From Thermodesulfobacteriota bacterium (lineage in GTDB: Bacteria; Desulfobacterota; BSN033; WVXP01; G020346125): a stretch of 48,480 nt of DNA. Below are positions 19,426 to 28,056 of the stretch, one piece after another. The notes beneath the pieces were generated by a model. It was not told the DNA's origin. It made no database searches and saw only the letters and a list, made by a program, of their open reading frames with translations. The position numbers and the translations under genes are program-made. The DNA lies in the NCBI GenBank assembly GCA_030145085.1, contig JAQYWG010000004.1, positions 1 through 48,480 of the forward strand, given 5' to 3'. Each line of letters begins with the position of its first letter. Position 1 is the stretch's first letter.

Positions 19426-19884
19426 TTAAAATTCAAATTCCAGGTTTGCCTTAGCCACATTGGACAGGGATATGTGAAGGACTTGCCCTCCCACCTCGAT
19501 TTGAATCGACCCCCTCGTGCACCCTAACAGCCTTCCCTTGAAGTTCCTCCTCTTCCCTATGGCATTATAGGTACGTATTCTCACCGGCCTCTCCTTGAAT
19601 CTCTTGAAATCTCTCTCCTTCTTCAAGATTCTGTTGAGGCCCGGGGAAGAAACCTCCAGGGTATAGGGCGACTGAAAAAGGTACTCGACATCCAATACCG
19701 TTCCGACTTCGTTGCTGACCAAAACACAATCATCCAGGCTAACCCCACCTTTCTTGTCGATGTAAATCCTGAGCACCCATCCCCTAGCCTCTCTCTTATA
19801 TTCCACAGCGACCAACTCCATCCCCTGGGAAGCCACAATGGGTTCAACGATCTCACTAACTGTGCTCTCCGTCGCCCTTTCCAT
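19426..19884 (-). CDS. rimP: Ribosome maturation factor RimP
   Basis: LRIYID, YTLEVSSPG; first gene of the nusA-infB operon. Confidence 0.96.
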   Translation of the reverse strand: MERATESTVSEIVEPIVASQGMELVAVEYKREARGWVLRIYIDKKGGVSLDDCVLVSNEVGTVLDVEYLFQSPYTLEVSSPGLNRILKKERDFKRFKERPVRIRTYNAIGKRRNFKGRLLGCTRGSIQIEVGGQVLHISLSNVAKANLEFEF

Positions 19885-19933
19885 CTCATTTCAGCTTAAG
19901 GAGACCAATCTCTTGCCCAACAACAAAGGTTCT

Positions 19934-19962
19934 AATAAAAAAGTGGGCCGGAAGCCCACTTT
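19934..19962 (-). promoter_or_regulatory. rimP leader hairpin / attenuator-like terminator
   Basis: AAAGTGGGC-TTCCG-GCCCACTTT followed by a T run on the minus strand, between the promoter and rimP. Confidence 0.7.
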
Positions 19963-19984
19963 CTCAGTAGACCTAATTACCAGT

Positions 19985-20013
19985 AATTTAGCATAAATAA
20001 ATAGACATTGCAA
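19985..20013 (-). promoter_or_regulatory. sigma70-type promoter of the rimP-nusA-infB operon
   Basis: TTGCAA-17 nt-TAAATT with an extended -10 TG. Confidence 0.6.
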
Positions 20014-20022
20014 GTAAAAAAG

Positions 20023-20808
20023 TTACAGATTCCCTAGCCTTCCGACTTGTTTCACGATGGTTTTGCAAACCATCCGCATCGTCTCTCCCACCTTCTCGGA
20101 GGAAAAACCGCCTTGCCATGATGAATCCGAAAATTCATCCGTAACAACCATCACCGATCCAACCCGGATGTTCCGATATATCCCCAAGCAGAAGACCGCG
20201 GAGGTCTCCATGTCAACGCCCAATACCCCTTTGGATCGATACCGCCTGACCTTCTCCGCAGTCTCCCGGTAGAGGGCGTCCGTAGTCCAGCACATCCCCA
20301 CATAGGGCTCAATCCCGCATTCCCTTAACCCCTTGTGGACGAGGTTCTGAATGTCTTCATCGGCGTGACAACTCACCCCCTTTGGGAGGTAATGATATGA
20401 GGTGCCCTCCTCCCTTATGGAATCAGTAGGCAGAATGACCTTCCCAACTCCAATAGGTTCTCGTATTGACCCGCAGTATCCAAGGAAAACAGCCTTCTTC
20501 ACCCCGAAAGCCACCAACTCCTCAAGGAGCATGACTGCATTGGGTGCTCCATACAGGGATTGGGTTAGGATATATCTGTCCTTCCCTACCACTCCTCGAT
20601 ACAACCTGTCATTCCTCCCGCACCATGCCTTCACCTTGCGGGCCCTTGTCTGCCCAACAAGGGTGAGCAAATCGCGTCGGGTGAAGGTAATAATGGCCAC
20701 ATCGTCCAATGCCAATGCCTTCTCCGTTATCCCCTTTTCTGAAAGAGAGGCTCTCACCACCTCTCGAGGTGTTACAACTGACCCATTCTCAAGGCTGAGG
20801 AAATCCAT
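20023..20808 (-). CDS. Nucleoside phosphorylase (PNP_UDP_1 family)
   Basis: GAP..LLEEL, GYCGS, REEGTSYHY, WTTDALYRET and DMETSA motifs; start uncertain (20808 or 20832). Confidence 0.88.
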   Translation of the reverse strand: MDFLSLENGSVVTPREVVRASLSEKGITEKALALDDVAIITFTRRDLLTLVGQTRARKVKAWCGRNDRLYRGVVGKDRYILTQSLYGAPNAVMLLEELVAFGVKKAVFLGYCGSIREPIGVGKVILPTDSIREEGTSYHYLPKGVSCHADEDIQNLVHKGLRECGIEPYVGMCWTTDALYRETAEKVRRYRSKGVLGVDMETSAVFCLGIYRNIRVGSVMVVTDEFSDSSWQGGFSSEKVGETMRMVCKTIVKQVGRLGNL

Positions 20809-20856
20809 GCTTGCCTCAAAACCCCTCAGCATGACGGAACGATCCCGAGGGGAAAT

Positions 20857-21132
20857 TCAGGAATTTACCTTTTTCTTCAGCTCCTTTCCCACTTTAAAAA
20901 AGGGTAATATCTTGGCCGGAACCTTAATGGCCTTCCCCGTTTTGGGGTTCCTGCCGGTATATGCCTTATATCTTCGGTTCATAAAACTGCCAAATCCCCT
21001 GATCTCGATTCGCTCATCCTTCAATAAGGCCTCTTTCAAGCTCTCAATCACCGTTTCCACGATCATCTTCGCCTTTTTGTTGGTCAGATTGAATCGCTGT
21101 GCCAATATCTCGCTCAATTCAGACTTTGTCAT
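20857..21132 (-). CDS. ihfB: Integration host factor beta subunit (HU/IHF family)
   Basis: MTKSEL, RIEIRGFGSF, GRNPKTG and PFFKVGKELK. Confidence 0.85.
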   Translation of the reverse strand: MTKSELSEILAQRFNLTNKKAKMIVETVIESLKEALLKDERIEIRGFGSFMNRRYKAYTGRNPKTGKAIKVPAKILPFFKVGKELKKKVNS

Positions 21133-21180
21133 AAATCCCCTCCTCACTAACTTCGACCATGTGTGATACGAATTCGGTCC

Positions 21181-21663
21181 TTAGGGTCCTTCCACAAAGG
21201 AAATTAACCTGTCATACGTCTTCTCAAGGTATTCCGGCATTACCTTTGTCTCAACGAGAACGGGCATGAAATTCGTGTCCCCATTCCATCGTGGAACGAT
21301 GTGGAAATGAATATGATCCTCGATTCCTGCTCCTGCTACACTTCCGATATTCATCCCCACATTAAATCCATCCGGTTTTAACGCCCTCTTCAGAATGATT
21401 ATGGATTGCTTCAACAATGCCATCAATGCCACCATTTCCCCTTCGTTGAGCTCATCAAGGGAGGCAACATGCCTGTTAGGCACGACCATGAGGTGACCGT
21501 TCGTGTACGGAAACCGGTTCAAGATAACAAAGGAGTGGCTACTTCGACATAAGATGAGATTCCCCCTATCGTCCCTTCCCTTCAATTTGGAACATAATAG
21601 GCACCCCTGCTCTCGATCTCCCGCGATATAGGTCATGCGCCATGGAGCCCAAAGAACCTTCAT
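21181..21663 (-). CDS. HIT-family hydrolase (Ap4A hydrolase/phosphorylase-like)
   Basis: LWAPWRM, NRFPYTNGHLMV and HIHFHIVPRW motifs. Confidence 0.92.
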   Translation of the reverse strand: MKVLWAPWRMTYIAGDREQGCLLCSKLKGRDDRGNLILCRSSHSFVILNRFPYTNGHLMVVPNRHVASLDELNEGEMVALMALLKQSIIILKRALKPDGFNVGMNIGSVAGAGIEDHIHFHIVPRWNGDTNFMPVLVETKVMPEYLEKTYDRLISFVEGP

Positions 21664-21772
21664 CCTTTTCTCCTTATTTACGGGTACTTGCTGCCTCCCT
21701 TCCTACCATCCAGCCATCGGATTGTCAAGGGGATCGCCTCCATTCTCCCAAAAATTTTCCCCGGATATTTTT

Positions 21773-22152
21773 GACGTCATTGTAAAAAGTCGAAATCAGA
21801 CGGCAAAGAAAAAAGATCCAGATGCAAGGCGCGCAAATCCTGAGGAATGAGGCGTACATGGAGCCCCACAGGCAAGCCTGTGGTACCGCTTGTTATGCCC
21901 ATACGGGCGACATCCTGAGCAAAGAGCATTCCACCCACGGCTAAACCCGTGGCGCTCTGCGTCGAAGGAGAGAAGTACGCTGCGCTGACGAAGGATGAAG
22001 CGGAACGCAGCCCTCCGGCTTTGCTCAAGGCCGTGAGCATGTCGAACGGCCCTCCGGCTTTACTCAGGGCCATGAGTCCTTCGGCTTTGCTCAGGACCGT
22101 GAGCTTGTCGAACGGCTTGTCGAATGGCAGATAGACTTTTTACAAAGCCGTT
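21773..22152 (-). mobile_element. Composite TIR-bounded intergenic repeat, copy D (three REP-like units, one nested; extra insert)
   Basis: GACGTCATTGTAAAAAGTC ... GACTTTTTACAAAGCCGT; same core as copies A-C. Confidence 0.88.
21858..21972. mobile_element. PATE-like (IS200/IS605-type end hairpins) mini-element inside copy D
   Basis: Hairpins CCACAGGC-AA-GCCTGTGG (21866-21883) and CCACGG-CTAAAC-CCGTGG (21935-21952) sit in the loop of the host GCGTAC/GTACGC stem; boundaries approximate. Confidence 0.6.
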
Positions 22153-22229
22153 ATTTTTCATTTCTCCGAAAATAGAAGATCTCCATAATCTCCTTCTTGC
22201 GACGAAATGCCTCCCATCCCCAATCCACG

Positions 22230-22267
22230 AAAAAAGGGAATGGGTCCCCCGGGGGAGGGACCCATTC
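22230..22267 (-). terminator. Intrinsic terminator downstream of the HNH gene
   Basis: 11-bp stem GAATGGGTCCC/GGGACCCATTC followed by a T tract on the minus strand. Confidence 0.7.
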
Positions 22268-22290
22268 GCCCCTTCGGGAAAGAGGGATGG

Positions 22291-22815
22291 CTAAGTCTCC
22301 ATATGAACACCCCAATAGAGATATGGATGCCATGATACCGGGGTCTCTTGAACCCCTATGACTATGGTTAAAATCGGGGGCCAGGGGGGGTTTTGGGGTG
22401 GCCTGATTAACCTCATCCCCGCCTCTTTTGGGGTGCTGCCCCCTTTCTTGCGATTACACGATCTACAGCAGGTCACGATATTCGTCCAGTCCGTCAATCC
22501 CCCCTTGGATCGTGGGACCACGTGATCATATGTCACCAGGTCCCGACGATAATACTTCCCGCAGTACTGGCACATACCCTTATCCCTCAGGTATATGTTC
22601 TGTCTGGAGAATTTAATGGAGGAGGGCCTCCTCTTGATAAATCTGAAGAGGCGAATCACCGATGGAAGTTTGATGGAGAATGAGACCCCATGGATTACCC
22701 GGTCGTATGTCTCAACAACTTCCACCTTGCCCAAGGTGAGCATAATGATGGCCTTCCTCCAGGATACCACCCTAAGGGGTTCATAAGTCGCATTGAGAAG
22801 CAACGCCCTTTCCAT
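22291..22815 (-). CDS. HNH endonuclease (zinc-binding, McrA-like HNH)
   Basis: ALLLNATYEPL N-terminus; RD..CQYCG, DHVVPRSKGG and NIVTCCRSCNRKKG. Confidence 0.92.
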   Translation of the reverse strand: MERALLLNATYEPLRVVSWRKAIIMLTLGKVEVVETYDRVIHGVSFSIKLPSVIRLFRFIKRRPSSIKFSRQNIYLRDKGMCQYCGKYYRRDLVTYDHVVPRSKGGLTDWTNIVTCCRSCNRKKGGSTPKEAGMRLIRPPQNPPWPPILTIVIGVQETPVSWHPYLYWGVHMET

Positions 22816-22877
22816 CTGTTCAGGTCCTCGGGGCTCCAAGGCTAAGAAAAAACTCATATCTTATGGAATTTTCAAGC

Positions 22878-22906
22878 GTTATACAGATTTTGGGGTTTTG
22901 TGTCAA
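22878..22906 (-). promoter_or_regulatory. sigma70-type promoter for the HNH gene
   Basis: TTGACA-17 nt-TATAAC. Confidence 0.65.
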
Positions 22907-23030
22907 GACCTTTTGGCCCTGGGTTCCCTCAAGCTTCCGAACGGCGAGTTTTTGAACCCGATTACCCGCTGAAAGTCTTTGGTCGGACCATCCACCCACA
23001 ACAAGGTTCTCAATTCCTCCCTTAATCGGT

Positions 23031-24944
23031 CTATTCCCCCCTCAGAAGCCTTTTCTCACCTACTCTGATGGTTATCTTACGATTATCGAAGTATTCCATG
23101 AGGGGGATTACATATTTCCGTGAAACCTTGGTCATCTCCTTGAATTGGGCGATTGTAATCTCATGATGGACACGGAGAAACTGGATCAATTTCCCTTTGA
23201 GCTTCTCAACGGCCTCCCTATGGAAATACAGATCCTCCTTCGCCTTAATGATAGTTCCCTCCTCCACCAAAAGACGAACCACGTTTTGTAACTCAGATTC
23301 ATCTGTAGAGAGATTTATTGCGAGTTCCTTAAGGGACGGAGATTGGAGGCCCCCCCTTGCGAAAAGCCCTTCAACCCTATTTTTCAACCTCTTTTGATCA
23401 TCTCTCAGGGATACCCGGTGGGTAGATAACCTCAGTTTATCCTTCTCAACCAATACCTTCTTTGAAGCCACCAGTTCCCTCATCATGTGATGGAATATTT
23501 TCGATTCAACGGTTTTGGGCAATTTCGACTTCACCTCTTCTTTTGATGGACCAGGCCTGAGAGGATATTTTTCGTGAAATTCAAGAATGTAGGATAGCGT
23601 CTTTTCCCTCAGTTCTTCATATTTTACATGATGAACAAGCCTCCCCTCTTCTCCATTGATCGTCACGATCTCTCCCCTGGCCATCAATTCCTTGAGGAGC
23701 TTCGATAATCGGCTGGGAAAAATATCCACCCTCTCCCTCAGCTCTCTGAGGGTCATTCCCTTTACCCCTGAACTCGCCAAATAGTGACTAACAACCTCCT
23801 CTTCTCCCCCTTCCTTTAGGATCATCAGTCCGGCCAAAACATCCTCTGCAAGCCTTTTATGTTTGGCTGGGTGGGAATCGATGACAACACCTCCTCCCAG
23901 GGTTTGAATGGCGGAGGAACCCCTGATGACGAACTGATCATGGGGTAAGACCACCACGGGTTTCTCGAACCTCAATTGCACGAACCCTTTCTCCCCCGGG
24001 GGTAATTCCGGCTTGTCTAAAAGAATCATGGTGGCCAGCGTTGAGCTGGTGCCGACATGAAATCGCTGCTTTATCCTGTTACGCAAAGGGCGAGGCGAAT
24101 TGGGAAGATGCTCAAGGTAGGCATCAACCATATAGGTGGGTGTTATGGTTTGGAGATGGACTAAGACATCGCCTCGATTGACAAGGGATTTCTCTATCCC
24201 CTGCAGATTAACCGCCGTCCGTTGCCCCGCCTTTGCCATCTCAACGATTTTATTATGAACCTGGATGCCACGAATCTTCCCCTCTTTCTTCAATGATGGC
24301 AGTATTTGAACCGTATCACCAACTGAAATACTCCCAGAAACGAGGGTGCCCGTAACCACCGTCCCAAACCCCTTCATGACGAATACACGGTCGATAGGTA
24401 AGCGAAATAAGCCCTCGGATGTCCTTCCTTGGACTTCATTGGCCAAGCCATCTAAGGTGGTCAACAATTCCGGAATCCCCTCGCCAGTGAGGGAGGAAAC
24501 GTTAACAATGGGAGCCCCTTCCAAAAACGTTCCCTTGACCAATTCCCTGACTTCTTCACCAACCAATTGGACCAACTCGAGGTCGACCAAATCGATCTTA
24601 CTCACTACTACCAAACCCCTTTTGACCGCCAATAACCTGCAAATATCCAAATGTTCTCTCGTTTGGGGCATAATTCCCTCATCGGCGGCCACAACCAAGG
24701 CAACTAGATCAATGCCCCACGCCCCAGCAACCATATGTTTAACGAATTTCTCATGGCCCGGGACATCCACAATCCCCATTCTTGAGCCACTGGGCAGCAC
24801 GAGGGAGGCAAATCCCAGTTCAATGGTAATTCCCCTCTCTTTCTCTTCCTTCAACCGATCCGTATCAACACCCGTCAGTGCTTTGATCAAGGCAGTTTTA
24901 CCATGATCGATGTGTCCAGCCGTTCCCAAAACGATCTGTTTCAT
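23031..24944 (-). CDS. selB: Selenocysteine-specific elongation factor SelB
   Basis: [23 protein letters not shown] and DVPGHEKF; C-terminal winged helix [13 protein letters not shown]. Confidence 0.97.
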   Translation of the reverse strand: MKQIVLGTAGHIDHGKTALIKALTGVDTDRLKEEKERGITIELGFASLVLPSGSRMGIVDVPGHEKFVKHMVAGAWGIDLVALVVAADEGIMPQTREHLDICRLLAVKRGLVVVSKIDLVDLELVQLVGEEVRELVKGTFLEGAPIVNVSSLTGEGIPELLTTLDGLANEVQGRTSEGLFRLPIDRVFVMKGFGTVVTGTLVSGSISVGDTVQILPSLKKEGKIRGIQVHNKIVEMAKAGQRTAVNLQGIEKSLVNRGDVLVHLQTITPTYMVDAYLEHLPNSPRPLRNRIKQRFHVGTSSTLATMILLDKPELPPGEKGFVQLRFEKPVVVLPHDQFVIRGSSAIQTLGGGVVIDSHPAKHKRLAEDVLAGLMILKEGGEEEVVSHYLASSGVKGMTLRELRERVDIFPSRLSKLLKELMARGEIVTINGEEGRLVHHVKYEELREKTLSYILEFHEKYPLRPGPSKEEVKSKLPKTVESKIFHHMMRELVASKKVLVEKDKLRLSTHRVSLRDDQKRLKNRVEGLFARGGLQSPSLKELAINLSTDESELQNVVRLLVEEGTIIKAKEDLYFHREAVEKLKGKLIQFLRVHHEITIAQFKEMTKVSRKYVIPLMEYFDNRKITIRVGEKRLLRGE

Positions 24945-25083
24945 TCCCTTGCCCCGAGCCCTTGTATCATAGGACTAAGAGGATTTCCCCTTATCCTTAA
25001 TTAGCAAATTTCCATCACCAGTTCAAGGATTATCTCCCTCCACTAGCAGCTTTTCATCCTCGTTGAACCCGATTCCTCCCGTG

Positions 25084-25114
25084 AAAAAAAAGGGAGAACC
25101 GAAGTTCTCCCTTT
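25084..25114 (-). terminator. Intrinsic terminator of hup
   Basis: GGGAGAAC-TTCG-GTTCTCCC followed by T8; cUUCGg tetraloop. Confidence 0.9.
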
Positions 25115-25129
25115 CCCGAGAAAGAGACG

Positions 25130-25402
25130 TTATTTCACGGTCTCCTTCAGTTTATTTCCCGGTTTGAACTTGGCAACCTTGGTAGCGGCTATCTTGATTT
25201 CCTTTCCCGTTCTGGGATTGCGCCCCGACCTCGCTTTTCTCTTTGCAACCATAAAGGTGCCAAAACCGGTCAGGGTCAATTTATCTCCCTTTTTTAATGC
25301 CTTCGTCACATTGCTGGTAAAGGAATTTAATGCCTTTTCAGCCGCTGCCTTCGTAATCTTGGCTTCCTTAGAAATATTTGCAATGAGTTCAGCCTTCGTC
25401 AT
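25130..25402 (-). CDS. hup: DNA-binding protein HU
   Basis: MTKAELI, GFGTF, GRNPRTG and FKPG motifs; AGGAGG RBS. Confidence 0.95.
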   Translation of the reverse strand: MTKAELIANISKEAKITKAAAEKALNSFTSNVTKALKKGDKLTLTGFGTFMVAKRKARSGRNPRTGKEIKIAATKVAKFKPGNKLKETVK

Positions 25403-25477
25403 TCCCTTTCACCTCCTTTTCCTCTTGAATTATGTCAAGAAGCCCCCCAGCAGGGACTCAAGAAATACAGTGTTCCC

Positions 25478-25506
25478 ATACTAATGAGTTCCACGATAAA
25501 TGTCAA
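25478..25506 (-). promoter_or_regulatory. sigma70-type promoter of hup
   Basis: TTGACA-17 nt-TAGTAT. Confidence 0.65.
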
Positions 25507-25653
25507 CGAAAAACTTCTTTTTTTTCTATTTTTTCTCCATTATCTCGCTATTTCCGAGTTCGATGGATATCGGGGTTCATAGGGCTTTACCATAAGAATT
25601 GCGCTCGCTTGCCAAAATTAACTAATGATTTCAAATAAATACATATCTTGATC

Positions 25654-25811
25654 TTCCTGAGTTTCCGGAGAAACCCATTGTCCCGGTGTTCCTGAGCATA
25701 ATCTTTTGAAGAACTGGAATGATGGAATGTTGGAATAATGGGCAGGGGCAAAGCCCCTGAGTTCCTATATAGTCAACGGATTACAGGAATATTTCCTCTA
25801 AAACTCAGGAA
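25654..25811. mobile_element. MITE-like element with TTCCTGAGTTT/AAACTCAGGAA ends and an internal octamer array
   Basis: Perfect 11-bp inverted ends; TGGAATGA TGGAATGT TGGAATAA at 25715-25738; arms recur at 27645, 29254, 37523 and 44018. Confidence 0.65.
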
Positions 25812-25818
25812 ATCCCGA

Positions 25819-26967
25819 TTATATATACCTCTCCATGAGGTCCGCAATGGCCTCTTCAACCTTTTGCTGGGATGTGGCCTGTATCCTCTCCAGGTGATCC
25901 TGCACCCGTTGAAAAAGCATGGGATTGTTGAGGTCATCCAATTTTCGATAGAGCCCAGCACGTCTCCCCAGCCGATAATTGAGCCTCTGCTCCTCGGGAA
26001 GCGTTAAATATCGATCAATGATCCTTTTCATCTTAGGTTTGTCCCCCGGCAACTGGCCCCCCACCTCCTCCAAGAGGTTCAGGATGTGATCACTTGCAAA
26101 ATAGCTCTTAATTCCTTGTAGTTCGTCGATGAACAACCCCTCCTCCCTTATTATTTCGTCATCGGAAGACAGGACGAACTCATGTGCTTCGACCTTTCCA
26201 TACAAGGGCATATCCTGGAGAACCTTTAAGGTTCTGACCCGAATGAAATGCGGATCAATCTGGTTCAGGACCTTGGCCGTCTCAATGGCATGGGGTTTCC
26301 ACATCCCTTCCCCCCCCAATCCCAAGATCACGTATTCGGAAAGCCCCAAACCGGATGCCTTGATCTTCTTTCCCGCCTCGATATGCAGCCGAGCCGTCAC
26401 CCCCTTCTTCATGAACGCAAGAAGGCGATCATATCCCGACTCCAAGCCGATATGAACCCTTGATAGTCCCGCTTTCTGAAGCGCCTTGAGCTTTTGGAGT
26501 TCTATTGTATGAACGGTTTTGGACCTCGCATAGGTGGTAATCCTCTGGACGTCGGGAAAGGTCTCTTTCAGAAAGGTAATTATCTCCGTCAGATCATCGG
26601 TCCCCATCCTCAGGTTATCACCGTCTTGAAGAAAGACGTTATTTCCCCCACCGTAAAGCCAAAGAGCAACCCTCCGAAAGGCCTCATTGTAGAGATCAGC
26701 CCTGTCAAAGATGGTCTGAACCACTGAGGCATTGATTTCCCCCGCAAGACCCACGTTCCATGACATCCCCTTTATCTCCTGGCTGATCTCCTTGACCGCC
26801 CTAATATCCTCCTTAACCTCACCTACGGATCTCAGGCTAAACCGCTCCCCCTTATAGGTTCGGCAAAAGGCACACCGATTCCATGGACAATTCCGGGTAA
26901 CCCGGATAAGGAGGCTGTAAGCCTCGTTGGGGGGCCTAATGGGACCCTGTTCAAAGGTATATTGCAT
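25819..26967 (-). CDS. Radical SAM protein
   Basis: RPPNEA...CPWNRCAFC cluster motif; FLQDGD and IGLESG. Confidence 0.9.
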   Translation of the reverse strand: MQYTFEQGPIRPPNEAYSLLIRVTRNCPWNRCAFCRTYKGERFSLRSVGEVKEDIRAVKEISQEIKGMSWNVGLAGEINASVVQTIFDRADLYNEAFRRVALWLYGGGNNVFLQDGDNLRMGTDDLTEIITFLKETFPDVQRITTYARSKTVHTIELQKLKALQKAGLSRVHIGLESGYDRLLAFMKKGVTARLHIEAGKKIKASGLGLSEYVILGLGGEGMWKPHAIETAKVLNQIDPHFIRVRTLKVLQDMPLYGKVEAHEFVLSSDDEIIREEGLFIDELQGIKSYFASDHILNLLEEVGGQLPGDKPKMKRIIDRYLTLPEEQRLNYRLGRRAGLYRKLDDLNNPMLFQRVQDHLERIQATSQQKVEEAIADLMERYI

Positions 26968-26984
26968 CTTCCGTAAACTCCCGT

Positions 26985-27527
26985 TCAGCCCCAGGTAGCT
27001 ACCAACTTCGCGGGGTCAATATCCAATTTCGAACAGATCTTATTCTCAATGCGGTAACAGAGCGTTTCCAATCGATCCATCCACTCCCTTTGGCCTTCAT
27101 CTTTGCAATATCGGACCCTGACATAATCGAACCGTTCCCTCAAGGTCACAATCTGATCGTCAAGGACCCTCTTATCTGAATAATTAACCACCTCCTCCTC
27201 AGAAATCCGTGGTAAATCCGGATCCTTCAGGAGGCAAACATGCTGACGGACGATCTCTGCAATGCGCTTGTAGCCCAGCTTCCTCAATAATCGATAACCC
27301 GTAAGGCTATGATCCTCACCGGAGTCAAGGCTTTCAGCCTTGGTGATATCGTGAAGCAAGGCTCCGGCCTCCACCAGATTCAAGTTCAAATTCTCACCCC
27401 TTCGGTTCAGCGCCGTCGAAATCGCGAGAGCAACTTCAGCTACCCTGATACAATGTCGGATCATATTTTCCATCCCATTATATCTTTTCATCAGGTCCAT
27501 ACATTCCCCTTTCGATGGAACCCTCAT
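26985..27527 (-). CDS. HD-domain (HDIG-type) phosphohydrolase
   Basis: H...GALLHDITK, DH, QH and YSDKRV residues; start 27527 or 27566. Confidence 0.88.
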   Translation of the reverse strand: MRVPSKGECMDLMKRYNGMENMIRHCIRVAEVALAISTALNRRGENLNLNLVEAGALLHDITKAESLDSGEDHSLTGYRLLRKLGYKRIAEIVRQHVCLLKDPDLPRISEEEVVNYSDKRVLDDQIVTLRERFDYVRVRYCKDEGQREWMDRLETLCYRIENKICSKLDIDPAKLVATWG

Positions 27528-27644
27528 TCCCCCGTGCTGCTTTTTCCCCAAAGGGTCCTCCTTCATCCTCTGAATGATTGTATTGCTTACAATAAAACAT
27601 ATAACCCAGCACAATCCCTGTCAAGGAAATCAGATTCAGGAGTT

Positions 27645-27719
27645 TCCGGAGTTTTTGGAGAACACCGTTGTTCCTGAGCGTAGATTCCTGGAGAGGTGGG
27701 GTACCCATCGAGGGTAAGC
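27645..27719 (+). repeat. Left arm of the CCTGAGTTT-family element
   Basis: GAGTTTTTGGAGAACA...CCTGAGCGTAG...TACCCATCGAGGGT aligns with the reverse complement of 44018-44093 and with 25654-25715. Confidence 0.7.
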
Positions 27720-27756
27720 AGAGCTTGTCCTGAGTCTTCGACCCTGAGCTCCATTC

Positions 27757-27963
27757 GGCTCATCTCCAAAAAAGTTGGTAGTCATAGAAGGATTCAAGGG
27801 GTCAAGGGTTCAAGGATTCAAGTGAAATGATTAAAATCGGAGTGATAGAGGAGAGGTTGAAAGGATGCTCAAGGCACCAATAAAGTCTCTAGAAAATAAA
27901 CACTTGGATCCTTGAATCCTCGAATCCTTGGCCCCTTTCTTCCACCTCATTGGGATAAGAACC
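27757..27963 (+). mobile_element. TIR-bounded mini-element with inverted octamer arrays around a four-helix-bundle gene remnant
   Basis: Imperfect 24-bp TIRs (27757-27780 / 27940-27963); (GGATTCAA-type)x4 at 27790-27821 mirrored by (TTGAATCC-type)x4 at 27904-27935; GEVERMLKAPIKSLENKHLDP* at 27850-27915. Confidence 0.7.
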
Positions 27964-28056
27964 AGAAATATTTATGTCGTCATATATGAATATTACATCT
28001 CCTGACCCATGGGGCCCTCTACAAAGCCATCGATGGCCCTTTCCCTTATGGATCCC

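Noticed and set aside
22907-23030. tRNA-Sec (selC) or another ncRNA next to selB
   Set aside because: No T-loop GGTTCRA motif, cloverleaf or other recognisable ncRNA features
23031-24944. Selenoproteins (in-frame UGA) in the window, prompted by selB
   Set aside because: The CDS ending in TGA appear full length, and I saw no ORF broken at a catalytic Cys position
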